Positions 7,717 through 16,282 of a stretch of DNA of 43,467 nt are shown here, piece by piece. The position numbers and the translations under genes are program-made. Below the pieces are notes generated by a model. The model had not been told where the DNA came from, made no database searches, and saw only the letters and a list, made by a program, of their open reading frames with translations. Source of the DNA: a virus. Its lineage: Duplodnaviria; Caudoviricetes. The DNA lies in IMG/VR virus record IMGVR_UViG_3300020045_001505, positions 1-43,467 of that record; one strand, given 5' to 3'. Within the stretch, counting starts at the first letter, position 1. Every line of letters begins with the position of its first letter.

Positions 7717-9140
7717 TGTGTGGGCTGGTTGGCGTAGCAGGTAAGAACCTGTCGATGCAAGAGGAGAAGGTGTTCCACACTCTTCTTATCCTTGACACCC
7801 TCCGAGGTGAAGATAGCACTGGGGCGGCGATCATCAAGCAGGCTTGGCATGATCCCGCTGTGGAAGTGTTGAAAGAAGTTGGAGGTGCTTCCGAACTGTT
7901 TTACAGCTACGGAAAGAAGGGAGTGATTGTCCAAGGGTTTGCAGATATTTTGCTTGGGCATAACCGCTTTGCCACGCAAGGGCTTATCAACACAGATAAC
8001 GCCCACCCCTTTGAGTTCGAGAATCTGGTGGGGGCACATAACGGCACCCTTCAAATGGATTCCCTCAAAGAGTTCCACGACTTCGATAAATACGATGTGG
8101 ATAGTAAGATTGTTTATTCCCATCTCAATCACACTGGTGACATCAAACAAGTGTGGAAAGATGCTGATGGTGCTTTGGCTCTAACGTGGTATGATAAGGT
8201 CACGAAAGAACTTAAGATGATCCGCAACAGCAAACGACCATTGTTTGTCGCCTACAGCAAGAATGATGGAACGGTGTTCTGGGCATCCGAGTCATGGATG
8301 ATCGCTGTTGCTACCAGCCGCAACAATGTTGAAATCCACCCCATCTTTGAGATCAACACTGATACCCTCTACACCTTCACCTCCAAGGCAAACGTTGGCT
8401 TCCCTGCTAACAAGATGAGCCACACGGAGGAGAAAATCCCCCCTTTCGTCCCAAAGGTCGTTGTTTGGAATGGGGGGAACAACTATGGTGGGCGATTTCA
8501 AGGCGGCTGGGAAGACTGGAACTACGACTACACCCCCACATCACAACGGCAAACCGTTCAGAAGGCTGTCCAAGAAAGAACGCCGACAGATAAGGCGTCA
8601 GAAAAAACAGACCTCCTGATCGTGAAAGAGATTCACGAGAACAACGTCATCCCCTCTGCTGTTGCATTTACACCCAAGGGGGAGTTTGTTCGTATCAACA
8701 TCCCTTCTCATATGTTGGGGCTTGCTAAGGACAAAATCCTTTCGAGTGCTGGGCAGGGCTTCTTTACGACCAAGCACATGAAAGAGAGTGCTGAACGTAA
8801 TGGCACCAAGTGGGTGAACTGGGGTGCCCTCCACCTTGTAAAGCTGAAGGATGGCTACAGCATCATCAAGAAAGATGGCCCCTTTAACAACTTCCTGTGG
8901 GAAATCAAAAAGACTTCCCCCGCCCCTACGTCAGTTGAATGGGCCAAGTGGCACGACCCCGCTGTGCTTTTGACGAAAGACGCATGGCTGGGTAAAGTGT
9001 CCTGCGGCTGTGTCAATTGTAACGTCGTCCCTGAGTGGCCCACCCATGACCAACTTGGATGGACTGATGCCAACACCTTTTTCTGTGCAGACTGTATGGA
9101 AACTGGATTCGTGCAAGACCTGATGAAAACTTATCACTGA
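7716..9140 (+). CDS. class II (Ntn) glutamine amidotransferase with C-terminal extension
   Basis: MCGLVG N-terminus, RGEDSTG, HNRFATQG, NAHPF, HNGTL, DS; C-terminal CxxC...CxxC. Confidence 0.9.
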   Translation: MCGLVGVAGKNLSMQEEKVFHTLLILDTLRGEDSTGAAIIKQAWHDPAVEVLKEVGGASELFYSYGKKGVIVQGFADILLGHNRFATQGLINTDNAHPFEFENLVGAHNGTLQMDSLKEFHDFDKYDVDSKIVYSHLNHTGDIKQVWKDADGALALTWYDKVTKELKMIRNSKRPLFVAYSKNDGTVFWASESWMIAVATSRNNVEIHPIFEINTDTLYTFTSKANVGFPANKMSHTEEKIPPFVPKVVVWNGGNNYGGRFQGGWEDWNYDYTPTSQRQTVQKAVQERTPTDKASEKTDLLIVKEIHENNVIPSAVAFTPKGEFVRINIPSHMLGLAKDKILSSAGQGFFTTKHMKESAERNGTKWVNWGALHLVKLKDGYSIIKKDGPFNNFLWEIKKTSPAPTSVEWAKWHDPAVLLTKDAWLGKVSCGCVNCNVVPEWPTHDQLGWTDANTFFCADCMETGFVQDLMKTYH

Positions 9141-9151
9141 GGAAAACAGAT

Positions 9152-10054
9152 ATGAAACTCACTGCTTCGAACGGCCAAACCTACGATTTCAAAATTGGTG
9201 CTGACCCCGAGTTCTTCGTCAAGAAGTTTGGTCAATTGACCTCCGCTTATGGGCTCATCCCCGGTTCCAAAGATAAGCCCTACCCCGTCAAAAAGGGTGC
9301 TGTCCAAGTGGATGGTATGGCGCTAGAGTTTAACATTGATCCCGCAGACTCGTATTCGGAGTTTGAAGAGAACATGTCTACGGTGCTTGACGGCATCATC
9401 GCCATGGTTCCGGGGTATGAAATCTTCGTTGAACCTGTGGCCGATTTTGGCCTTGAGTATATCAAGTCCCAACCCAAGGAAGCCTCTGATCTGGGTTGCT
9501 CCCCCGACTTCAACGCCTACACCAAGACGGCCAACCCCCGTCCCGATGTCAACACCCCCTTCCGCACTGCCTCGGGCCACGTTCACATTGGCTGGACGAA
9601 TGGGGTGGACATTAACGATGAAGGGCACTTGGAAGCTTGTCGTGCGCTTACCAAAGCACTTGACCTCTACCTTGGTGTCCCCTCCCTGACGTGGGACCGA
9701 GACGACCGTCGTCGTTCTCTGTATGGTGCTGCTGGCGCTTTCCGTCCCAAACACTATGGCATGGAATACCGAGTGTTGTCGAACAAGTGGATTATGAACC
9801 CCACATTGCGTAAGCTGGTGTATCACAACACCATTGACGCTATCAAGGCGGTGATTGAAAACCCCGACGTTGGTGACAAAGTTCTTATGGGTGGCCTCAC
9901 TGCCCGTCAGGTTATCGCCAAGGATAGCACCGATTTCGTGGAGTCCAAAGACCCCGCAGGCAATACGGTTAAAATCCCTATGTGGGAAGCTGCTGTAGGC
10001 GCAGTTTTCCGCACCTCTGTCAAGCCCCCGAAATTCTACCGTGAAGGTGTCTAA
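9152..10054 (+). CDS. phiEco32-like COOH-NH2 ligase type 2
   Basis: IGADPEFF, DGMALEFN, GCSPDFNAY, RTASGHVHIG, RRSLYG..GAFRPKHYGMEYRVLSN. Confidence 0.9.
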   Translation: MKLTASNGQTYDFKIGADPEFFVKKFGQLTSAYGLIPGSKDKPYPVKKGAVQVDGMALEFNIDPADSYSEFEENMSTVLDGIIAMVPGYEIFVEPVADFGLEYIKSQPKEASDLGCSPDFNAYTKTANPRPDVNTPFRTASGHVHIGWTNGVDINDEGHLEACRALTKALDLYLGVPSLTWDRDDRRRSLYGAAGAFRPKHYGMEYRVLSNKWIMNPTLRKLVYHNTIDAIKAVIENPDVGDKVLMGGLTARQVIAKDSTDFVESKDPAGNTVKIPMWEAAVGAVFRTSVKPPKFYREGV

Positions 10055-10605
10055 TGTATGACGATCTGGGATATGCCCAACGACGACTGAATAGCAGCCT
10101 TATCCGTGACGAAGCAGGAGACCCATTCTGGGTGAGGGAGGTGGATATTGACGCTGATGGGGATTTCATCTGCATTGGTGAAATCTACGGCCCTCGGGCG
10201 GGGCGTAAGACAGTTAAGCTGAACAAGGTTAATCTCAACCCAGTTCCTCTCGGGTTTGTTAACCTGCCAGATGGGGGCGGCATGGTGTTCACTTGTCGAA
10301 AGCCTGTGCGTCGTCCCCGCCAAGGCCTCTCCAATGAGGCTCTGGTGGTCACGGGGGAGGCTGCTGGGGGCTTCTCCTTTAAGCACCTTGTCCAACCCAT
10401 CTTCAACACCTACCCCTCATGGGGGGCCGCTCTACGGCTCTCCAAGGACCGTCCCTCTGTTGCCTTCAGCCGAGACTTTGGATTGAAGGGCGAGGAAATC
10501 TTCTACAGAGGTCATAGGGTGGGGCGGGTTGTTGACTCTCTTCCCATCTTGGATGATAAAATGTTCTTCTTGGGCGAAAGCCTGAAACTTAGCGCAGGGA
10601 TGTAA
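10054..10605 (+). CDS. hypothetical protein of the ligase cluster
   Basis: 183-aa ORF, TAATG coupled. Confidence 0.75.
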   Translation: MYDDLGYAQRRLNSSLIRDEAGDPFWVREVDIDADGDFICIGEIYGPRAGRKTVKLNKVNLNPVPLGFVNLPDGGGMVFTCRKPVRRPRQGLSNEALVVTGEAAGGFSFKHLVQPIFNTYPSWGAALRLSKDRPSVAFSRDFGLKGEEIFYRGHRVGRVVDSLPILDDKMFFLGESLKLSAGM

Positions 10606-10606
10606 A

Positions 10607-11446
10607 ATGAACGTTCAATCTCTTTTCCGTCTTCCTCCCACCACGGGGGATGTTGGCATTGAAATCGAGATGGAGGGAAAGAGTCTCCCTTCGGGAGAGG
10701 CTGTCTCTAAATACTGGACAAAAGAGGCCGATGGTTCTCTCCGTGGGGAAAGTGCGGAGTATGTCCTCCAAAAGCCAGTGGAAGTGAAAAACATTACGAA
10801 AGCTCTCAACGAGCTTGAGAAAGCTTTCAACTCCCACGGCACCACCTTCTACAAGAGCCATCGGGCAGGCATTCACGTTCACGTCAACGTGCAAGACCTG
10901 ACACCAAACCAACTGGTGAGCTTCATCACCGCCTACTGTGTTCTGGAAGAAGTGTTCCTGTCATACTGCGAGGAATCTCGTCGTGGGAACCACTTCTGTC
11001 TCCGTTTGTCTGACGCCTCGTGGCTCATGGACGAGATTGCCAAGGCAATTGAGGAGGGGGATTTGTCCCGCTTTCGTAACGACGACCTCCGTTATGCGTC
11101 AATCAACCTGACAGCCCTGCACAAATACGGGTCGGTTGAATTTCGTGCCTTGGAAAGCACAGATGATTTCGACAAGATCACTATTTGGGCTAAAGCCCTC
11201 CACCAACTTAAGGTGTGGGCTTCTGGTGTATCTGACCCCACGGAGGTGATTGCCCAGTCTTCTCTCTTGGGGTTCTTGCCCTTTGCCAAGAATATGTTGG
11301 GGGATTATTGGCAAGTGTTTGCCCCCCTTGCAACCGAAGAGAAGATCATTCGCGGTGTCCGGAACATCCAATACGCTGTCTACTCGCGTAAGTGGGGTGG
11401 GGTTAATCACAACATCTTTAGCAAAAATTCAGGGGTTTTTCAATGA
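10607..11446 (+). CDS. putative amidoligase (glutamine-synthetase-fold COOH-NH2 ligase)
   Basis: VGIEIEMEG, DGSL, GIHVHVN, RYASINL, GSVEFR. Confidence 0.88.
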   Translation: MNVQSLFRLPPTTGDVGIEIEMEGKSLPSGEAVSKYWTKEADGSLRGESAEYVLQKPVEVKNITKALNELEKAFNSHGTTFYKSHRAGIHVHVNVQDLTPNQLVSFITAYCVLEEVFLSYCEESRRGNHFCLRLSDASWLMDEIAKAIEEGDLSRFRNDDLRYASINLTALHKYGSVEFRALESTDDFDKITIWAKALHQLKVWASGVSDPTEVIAQSSLLGFLPFAKNMLGDYWQVFAPLATEEKIIRGVRNIQYAVYSRKWGGVNHNIFSKNSGVFQ

Positions 11447-11749
11447 ATGTGGGAGCTTTTGCGAACAACCCCAAGGAATGTCTGTTCCCCTATAAAACAG
11501 AGAAATTTAGGGGCCTGTCCGATGCGGATTTTATCGCCCTTTTGCTAGATCAACCTTACAACATTAACTGCCTTGAGTGGACAAGACTAAAAAATAATTA
11601 CGGTCTTCCACCAGCGGATGCACAAGCTTACTATAGATTCGCACTAGGGGGGGGAAGGGTATGCTAAGGAGGGGTTTGAACGGGTCAAAAACTTCCTAGA
11701 GCAGGCTCTTCACTACCTTAATCCAAAGGAGTTGGACGAATGGTTGTGA
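11443..11749 (+). CDS. helical-family LxxWL protein, frameshifted at a G8 tract
   Basis: As given it stops at 11667; removing one G from 11647-11654 gives 101 aa ending YLNPKELDEWL*. Confidence 0.65.
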
Positions 11750-11796
11750 AAAATATTTCTCTACCCCCTTGACAAACCCCTTAGATGAGCTATATA
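11749..11796 (+). promoter_or_regulatory. sigma70-type promoter upstream of the LxxWL array and replication genes
   Basis: AAAAATATTT-N10-TTGACA(11769-11774)-N16-TATATA(11791-11796). Confidence 0.7.
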
Positions 11797-11805
11797 GGAA
11801 ATAGA

Positions 11806-12012
11806 ATGAGATATAAAGATTGTGTTCTAGGGGGTTTGTATAAAGATCGTCATGGAGATATTTTCCAGACGATTGAACCACCTACTAGATGGATGAATGG
11901 GGCTTGGTGGGAGGTGAGGGCAAACTCAATCTCAATCAGGGGATGTATAACTTATAGGTTTTACCTACGAGACCTCACCCCCTTTGTAGAGGAGCTAGAT
12001 TCGTGGTTGTAA
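11806..12012 (+). CDS. small protein with LxxWL C-terminus
   Basis: MRYKDCVLGGLYKDRHG...LTPFVEELDSWL*; start placed downstream of the promoter. Confidence 0.65.
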   Translation: MRYKDCVLGGLYKDRHGDIFQTIEPPTRWMNGAWWEVRANSISIRGCITYRFYLRDLTPFVEELDSWL

Positions 12013-12197
12013 TTTGCGTCGATAATAGTGGGGCTGACTACTACCTCACTGTCGGGAAAGCGTATAAGGTGGTTAAGGAGGGTGAGTCTGGCGGTGTAAG
12101 TATTATATGGGTGGAGGATGATACGGGACGTTCCTTTGGCTTTTTTCCAAGCAGATTTTCCCCTTTTCCAGTAGAACAGTTGGAGGATTGGCTGTGA
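12003..12197 (+). CDS. SH3-like small protein with LxxWL C-terminus
   Basis: VICVDN..LTVGKAYKV..VEDDTG..RF; ends EQLEDWL*; GAGGAG SD. Confidence 0.7.
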   Translation: MVVICVDNSGADYYLTVGKAYKVVKEGESGGVSIIWVEDDTGRSFGFFPSRFSPFPVEQLEDWL

Positions 12198-12523
12198 ACT
12201 TTGTTGGACTAGCTGAACACCTCCTGACCCACTGGGATGAATATCTTTGGGGAGACGAGGAAACTGGTGAAACCCCTTTTCCGAAGCACCTCCCAGTTCC
12301 AGAGCAGGCTTTGATCCTACTTAATGACATCTCTCTGCTTAACTGCCTTAAATGGTATCACCTTTCTAAAGTGATGGGTGCATTCGATGTGTATGTAAGT
12401 ATGGATCAGTTCGAGGATGCCTTCGACCATCGCTCTTACACCTATGCACCTTTGTTGGAGAAAACCTTGTCCCTTGTTGTCTCTACTGGTTGGCCCCCTA
12501 CGAAACTAAAGGATTGGCTATGA
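12194..12523 (+). CDS. helical-family LxxWL protein
   Basis: GTGA overlap and GGAGG SD; GLAEHL..W..YLW shared with the next gene; ends TKLKDWL*. Confidence 0.7.
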   Translation: MNFVGLAEHLLTHWDEYLWGDEETGETPFPKHLPVPEQALILLNDISLLNCLKWYHLSKVMGAFDVYVSMDQFEDAFDHRSYTYAPLLEKTLSLVVSTGWPPTKLKDWL

Positions 12524-12852
12524 AAAATGCCCTTGGCCTCGCAGAGCATTTGCGGGAAAATTGGGAAGACTATTTGTGGCATGAGGCAATGGAGGACGAG
12601 GATTTTTCTAACCTCACCCCAGCCGAACAAGCGCAGGCCATGCTTACAGAACCAGTTAACCTGAATTATTTGAAGTGGAAAAGAGCTGCCAAGGCCATGC
12701 GAAGCTTTGGCTTCGCAGAAGAATGGGAACTTGAAAACTTGATGGGAGATGTTTATGAGGGAGAAGGTTGGGAGGCATTCCCAGACTTAGCAGACGTTCT
12801 AGATTTGGTTGTAAGCCTTGAACGTGTAAAAGGACTTGATGAATGGCTCTAG
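12520..12852 (+). CDS. helical-family LxxWL protein
   Basis: ATGA overlap; paralog of 12194; ends KGLDEWL*. Confidence 0.7.
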   Translation: MKNALGLAEHLRENWEDYLWHEAMEDEDFSNLTPAEQAQAMLTEPVNLNYLKWKRAAKAMRSFGFAEEWELENLMGDVYEGEGWEAFPDLADVLDLVVSLERVKGLDEWL

Positions 12853-13055
12853 TTGGATATGTTTTCGCCCCACACGTCAAAATGTCCCAGCAGTGGAAGG
12901 ACAGACATAATTGGACAGACTCAAGTATTCTCCTCCACATAGGTGAGAACAGATACACCATCATTGTTAAAGTTCCTACAGGGGAGGAGCGAATGTATTG
13001 GAATACAGACTTGATGCCTGTATACGAGAGTAGGGGGTTGGAAGAATGGCTCTAA
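12843..13055 (+). CDS. small protein with LxxWL C-terminus
   Basis: Ends RGLEEWL*; AAGGA SD. Confidence 0.65.
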   Translation: MALVGYVFAPHVKMSQQWKDRHNWTDSSILLHIGENRYTIIVKVPTGEERMYWNTDLMPVYESRGLEEWL

Positions 13056-13246
13056 CCCCTTATATTGCAATTCGGGACGTTGGCCACTTCTTCACCGAGG
13101 GACAGGTGTATTATGTAGAACCCCTAGACGAAAAGGGGAAATACTGGATGGTTACAGATAGGGGGTTTAGGCAATATGTAGATAAATCCGTGCTCAAAAC
13201 TTACCTGACACCTTTTGAAATTGAGGAGCTTGATGAATGGCTTTAG
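13046..13246 (+). CDS. SH3-like small protein with LxxWL C-terminus
   Basis: FTEGQVYYV..VTDRG; ends YLTPFEIEELDEWL*. Confidence 0.7.
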   Translation: MALTPYIAIRDVGHFFTEGQVYYVEPLDEKGKYWMVTDRGFRQYVDKSVLKTYLTPFEIEELDEWL

Positions 13247-13464
13247 CAACATTCCAGCCATCTAACACTTGGGACTATAAAGCATGGGTGGATTGGGGAA
13301 AGGGTGAGGGACTTAACGTGGGGGATATTGTCGAGACAGAAGACCACCCCACCAACCCCGCCCTCTGTCGAGTCTTCACTCCTCGCTCAAGAGTCCCCCT
13401 AAATATGCTTAGACAAGCATTTCCCCTGTATGTAGAACTTAAAAAATTAGAAGATTGGTTGTAA
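13237..13464 (+). CDS. small protein with LxxWL C-terminus
   Basis: GLNVGDIVE; ends KKLEDWL*; GAGGAG SD. Confidence 0.65.
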   Translation: MALATFQPSNTWDYKAWVDWGKGEGLNVGDIVETEDHPTNPALCRVFTPRSRVPLNMLRQAFPLYVELKKLEDWL

Positions 13465-15433
13465 TGGGAACACAGATTGACGCGTTGCCGCATAGTTGTG
13501 GCACTAAGAAGGGGCTTAAAGTATTTGCCCAAGACGATGGACGTGTAGATGGTTTCTGTTTCTCTTGTCACACGAAAGTGGCACATCCATACGGAGAAGA
13601 AAAAGTCCTAGAAGACCTCCCCAAAAAGCGGGAGAAAACAGAACTAGAAATCCAAGCAGAGATTGCTGAGGTGGAGGGGTTTCCCACGGTGGATATTCCT
13701 CAACGTAAGCTTAGGGCTTCCACACTAAATAAGTTCGGTGCCTACACCTCAATGTCTGAGAAGGACGGGGTGACACCCACAGCAATCTACTGGCCAGTGA
13801 CAAAAGAGGGGAAGCTTACGGGCTATCATGTAAAAAGTGTAGACAAATCCTTCTCCCCCTTTAACATTGGGGAGACTAAGGGGGCTGACCTCCTCAACTG
13901 GCAAAATGCTAAATCATCTGGGGCCTATCGACTAATCATCACTGAGGGGCCAGAAGACATGGCTTCTGTAGATCGTATTTACGAAATGCACGGAGACCCT
14001 GCCTACACCCCCGCTGTCGTATCTCTCCCTCATGGGTCAGCTAGTGCCAAAAAGGTTTTGACACGACATGCAGAAGACATCCGTAAGCTTTTCAAAGATG
14101 TCATCTTGTGCTTCGATGATGATGATGCTGGGAAGCGGGCAGTGAAAGAGGGGATGCTTGTTCTCTCTAATGCCAAAGCTGTCACACTACCTGTTAAGGA
14201 CGCCAATGAGGCCCTCCTGAAGGGTGTTGCTAAGGCTGCCTATAACGCCCTAGCCTTTAGGGCAGAGGCCCCTAAAAACACCTCTCTGGTGTTCGGAGAG
14301 GCCATTCACGATAAGGCAAGAGAGCCTGCCAAATTTGGTGAGCTGTCTTGGCCATTCCCTCACATGAATAAAGCTACCCGTGGCATCCGCTATGGAGAAA
14401 CTGTTTATGTTGGGGCGGGGGTTGGTTTAGCCCCATTCAGGTGAGAGCCTGTCTAAAAACTGTGTGAACTCAGGGGAACCCTAGAACAGGCAATCCTGAG
14501 CCAAGCCCTAAGAACCCTTAGTGGGTCGTGTTAGGGAAGGTGCAACGACTATCCCGTGAGGGAGTAGGGGGAAGTCCTCCGAAGCGCACAGCACCCTTTT
14601 AGGGGTGATGATATAGTCTGGTCTGCATAGGGATATGCAGCAATGTAAAACATTGGGGTGTGATTAACGACCACACTTTAACACAACGAAAGATGGGTAA
14701 GAGTGAGTTCCGCAACGAAATTGCAGCCCATTTTATCAAAAACCATGGTGTCAAGGTGTTTATGGCCTCTCCCGAAGAGGCTAATTCCAAAACCTATAAA
14801 CTGCTGGCCGGGAAATTGGAGGGGAAAATCTTCCATGACCCAGAAAAGGAATTTGATTATGATGCCTATGATCGTGCAGGCAAGCTTCTTCGTCCTAATC
14901 TCGCTGTTCTCAACCTCTATCAGCACATGGGGTGGGAAAGCCTAAAGAAGGACATGGTGTCCGCAGCAGAGTGGGGGGCTAAAGCCCACTTCATTGACCC
15001 CATTACCAACTTGACTAACGGTGTCAATTCGGGGGAAGCTAATACGATGTTGCAAGGGATTGCTCAGGATATTTCTGCCATGTCTCTTGACCTTGGTATT
15101 GTCGTCTTTATGTTCTGCCACTTGAAAGCCCCTGAAGGGAACATTTCGGCAGATCAACGAACAGCCAAATACAAATCTGGTAAGTATATTGGTTTGGGGA
15201 ATTGCCCTCACGAAATGGGGGGTGATGTGCTTTCTTCGCAATTTGCAGGTTCTCGGGCGATGATGCGTTCCGCAAACTTGATGATTGGCCTCGAAGGGAA
15301 TAAAGACCCCGAATTGCCAGAGGAAGTAAGGAATATTCGTAATATTCGAATCCTTGAAGACCGAGAGTTTGGGCTAAGTGAGAAGTTCCAGATTTTTTGG
15401 AACAGAGAAACGGGGAAATTTGCAGAGCTATGA
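13464..15433 (+). CDS. T7 gp4-like primase-helicase, spliced (exons 13464-14422 and 14689-15433, 567 aa)
   Basis: Zn-finger residues (HSC...CFSC), TOPRIM IITEGPED and CFDDD; splicing restores Walker A GAGVKMGKS; FIDPIT, FCHL and FAGSRAM helicase motifs. Confidence 0.9.
14423..14688 (+). mobile_element. group I intron (IA-like, 266 nt, no ORF)
   Basis: P1 GGGGU|UG with UAGCCCC (U.G at the splice site); P4 CTCAGG/CCTGAG; P3 CTGTGT/GCACAG; P7 GACTA(14547)/TAGTC(14614); P9 CTGCATA-GGGA-TATGCAG; terminal G 14688. Confidence 0.92.
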
Positions 15434-15882
15434 AAGCAATGGATGAGCTTCTAAAGCTCTACGAAGACAAAGATTACCTAGTCCGCCGCACCAGACGGTT
15501 CTGCCTTAACTACCAAATGGCAGAGGACGTTATTCAAGAGGCTTTCCTAAAAGCCTTTCGTCGGATTGATAAGTTTGACCCCAGTAGAGGGACAATGAAA
15601 GGGTGGATGAATAGACAAATCATGGATGCGCTTGCAGCGGTGAAATGGCGAGAGCGACAAACCTTTGTAGACATCCTTGAGCTTGAAATTTCTGATGGGT
15701 GGGGTAGAGAAGAGCCGTTGCCCACAAAGAATTTAGATGAGAAGGATGAAAAAATCGTAGACAACCGTTATCGTCTAGGCTACACCACCAGAGAAGCCTC
15801 TAAGGTGGCTGGGCTTAAAGAGTGGAGAGTGAGAGAGATCACCCGATCCTTCAAAAAGGGGGTGAAAAATGGGGGCATTTAA
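15430..15882 (+). CDS. ECF-like RNA polymerase sigma factor
   Basis: AEDVIQEAFLKAFRRIDKFDPSRGTMKGW (region 2); GYTTREASKVAG (region 4 HTH). Confidence 0.8.
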   Translation: MKAMDELLKLYEDKDYLVRRTRRFCLNYQMAEDVIQEAFLKAFRRIDKFDPSRGTMKGWMNRQIMDALAAVKWRERQTFVDILELEISDGWGREEPLPTKNLDEKDEKIVDNRYRLGYTTREASKVAGLKEWRVREITRSFKKGVKNGGI

Positions 15883-16126
15883 TGAAGTTACAGCTTTTGC
15901 CGCAGGTTTTCTCCTTGGCCACGTCTCTATGAGCCTTGTCGTTGAGCTGGTAAAACTTCTGTTTTGCCGTTTTAGGAAAAGAAAATGACCACAAAGATTG
16001 GAGAAACTACCCTCCACCCCACCACTCACGGTGTTCTACTATACACCGACAGTGGTAAAGAGGTTGAGGTGAAGGTTGAAGAGGTTGAATTGTTCTGTCG
16101 GTATTTCCAAAATATGAAGAAGAGAT

Positions 16127-16282
16127 ATGAGAGAAAAGATTGAATACCGCTTTGCATTGTTCCCAACTAAGATGATTAACGGGGAACGTGTGTGGCTAGA
16201 TTGGTATCTTGCCATTCTTGATGAGTGTGATTTGTGGGGCACCTCCTATATTAAGGAGCGTCGTAAGCGAGATGGCAGCTAA
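16127..16282 (+). CDS. hypothetical protein (51 aa)
   Basis: Read by hand: ...RFALFPTKMINGERVWLDWY... Confidence 0.45.
   Translation: MREKIEYRFALFPTKMINGERVWLDWYLAILDECDLWGTSYIKERRKRDGS

Noticed and set aside
11985-13464. CRISPR array or integron attC repeats
   Set aside because: Junctions are degenerate at synonymous positions, non-palindromic and separated by whole ORFs; no cas or integrase gene
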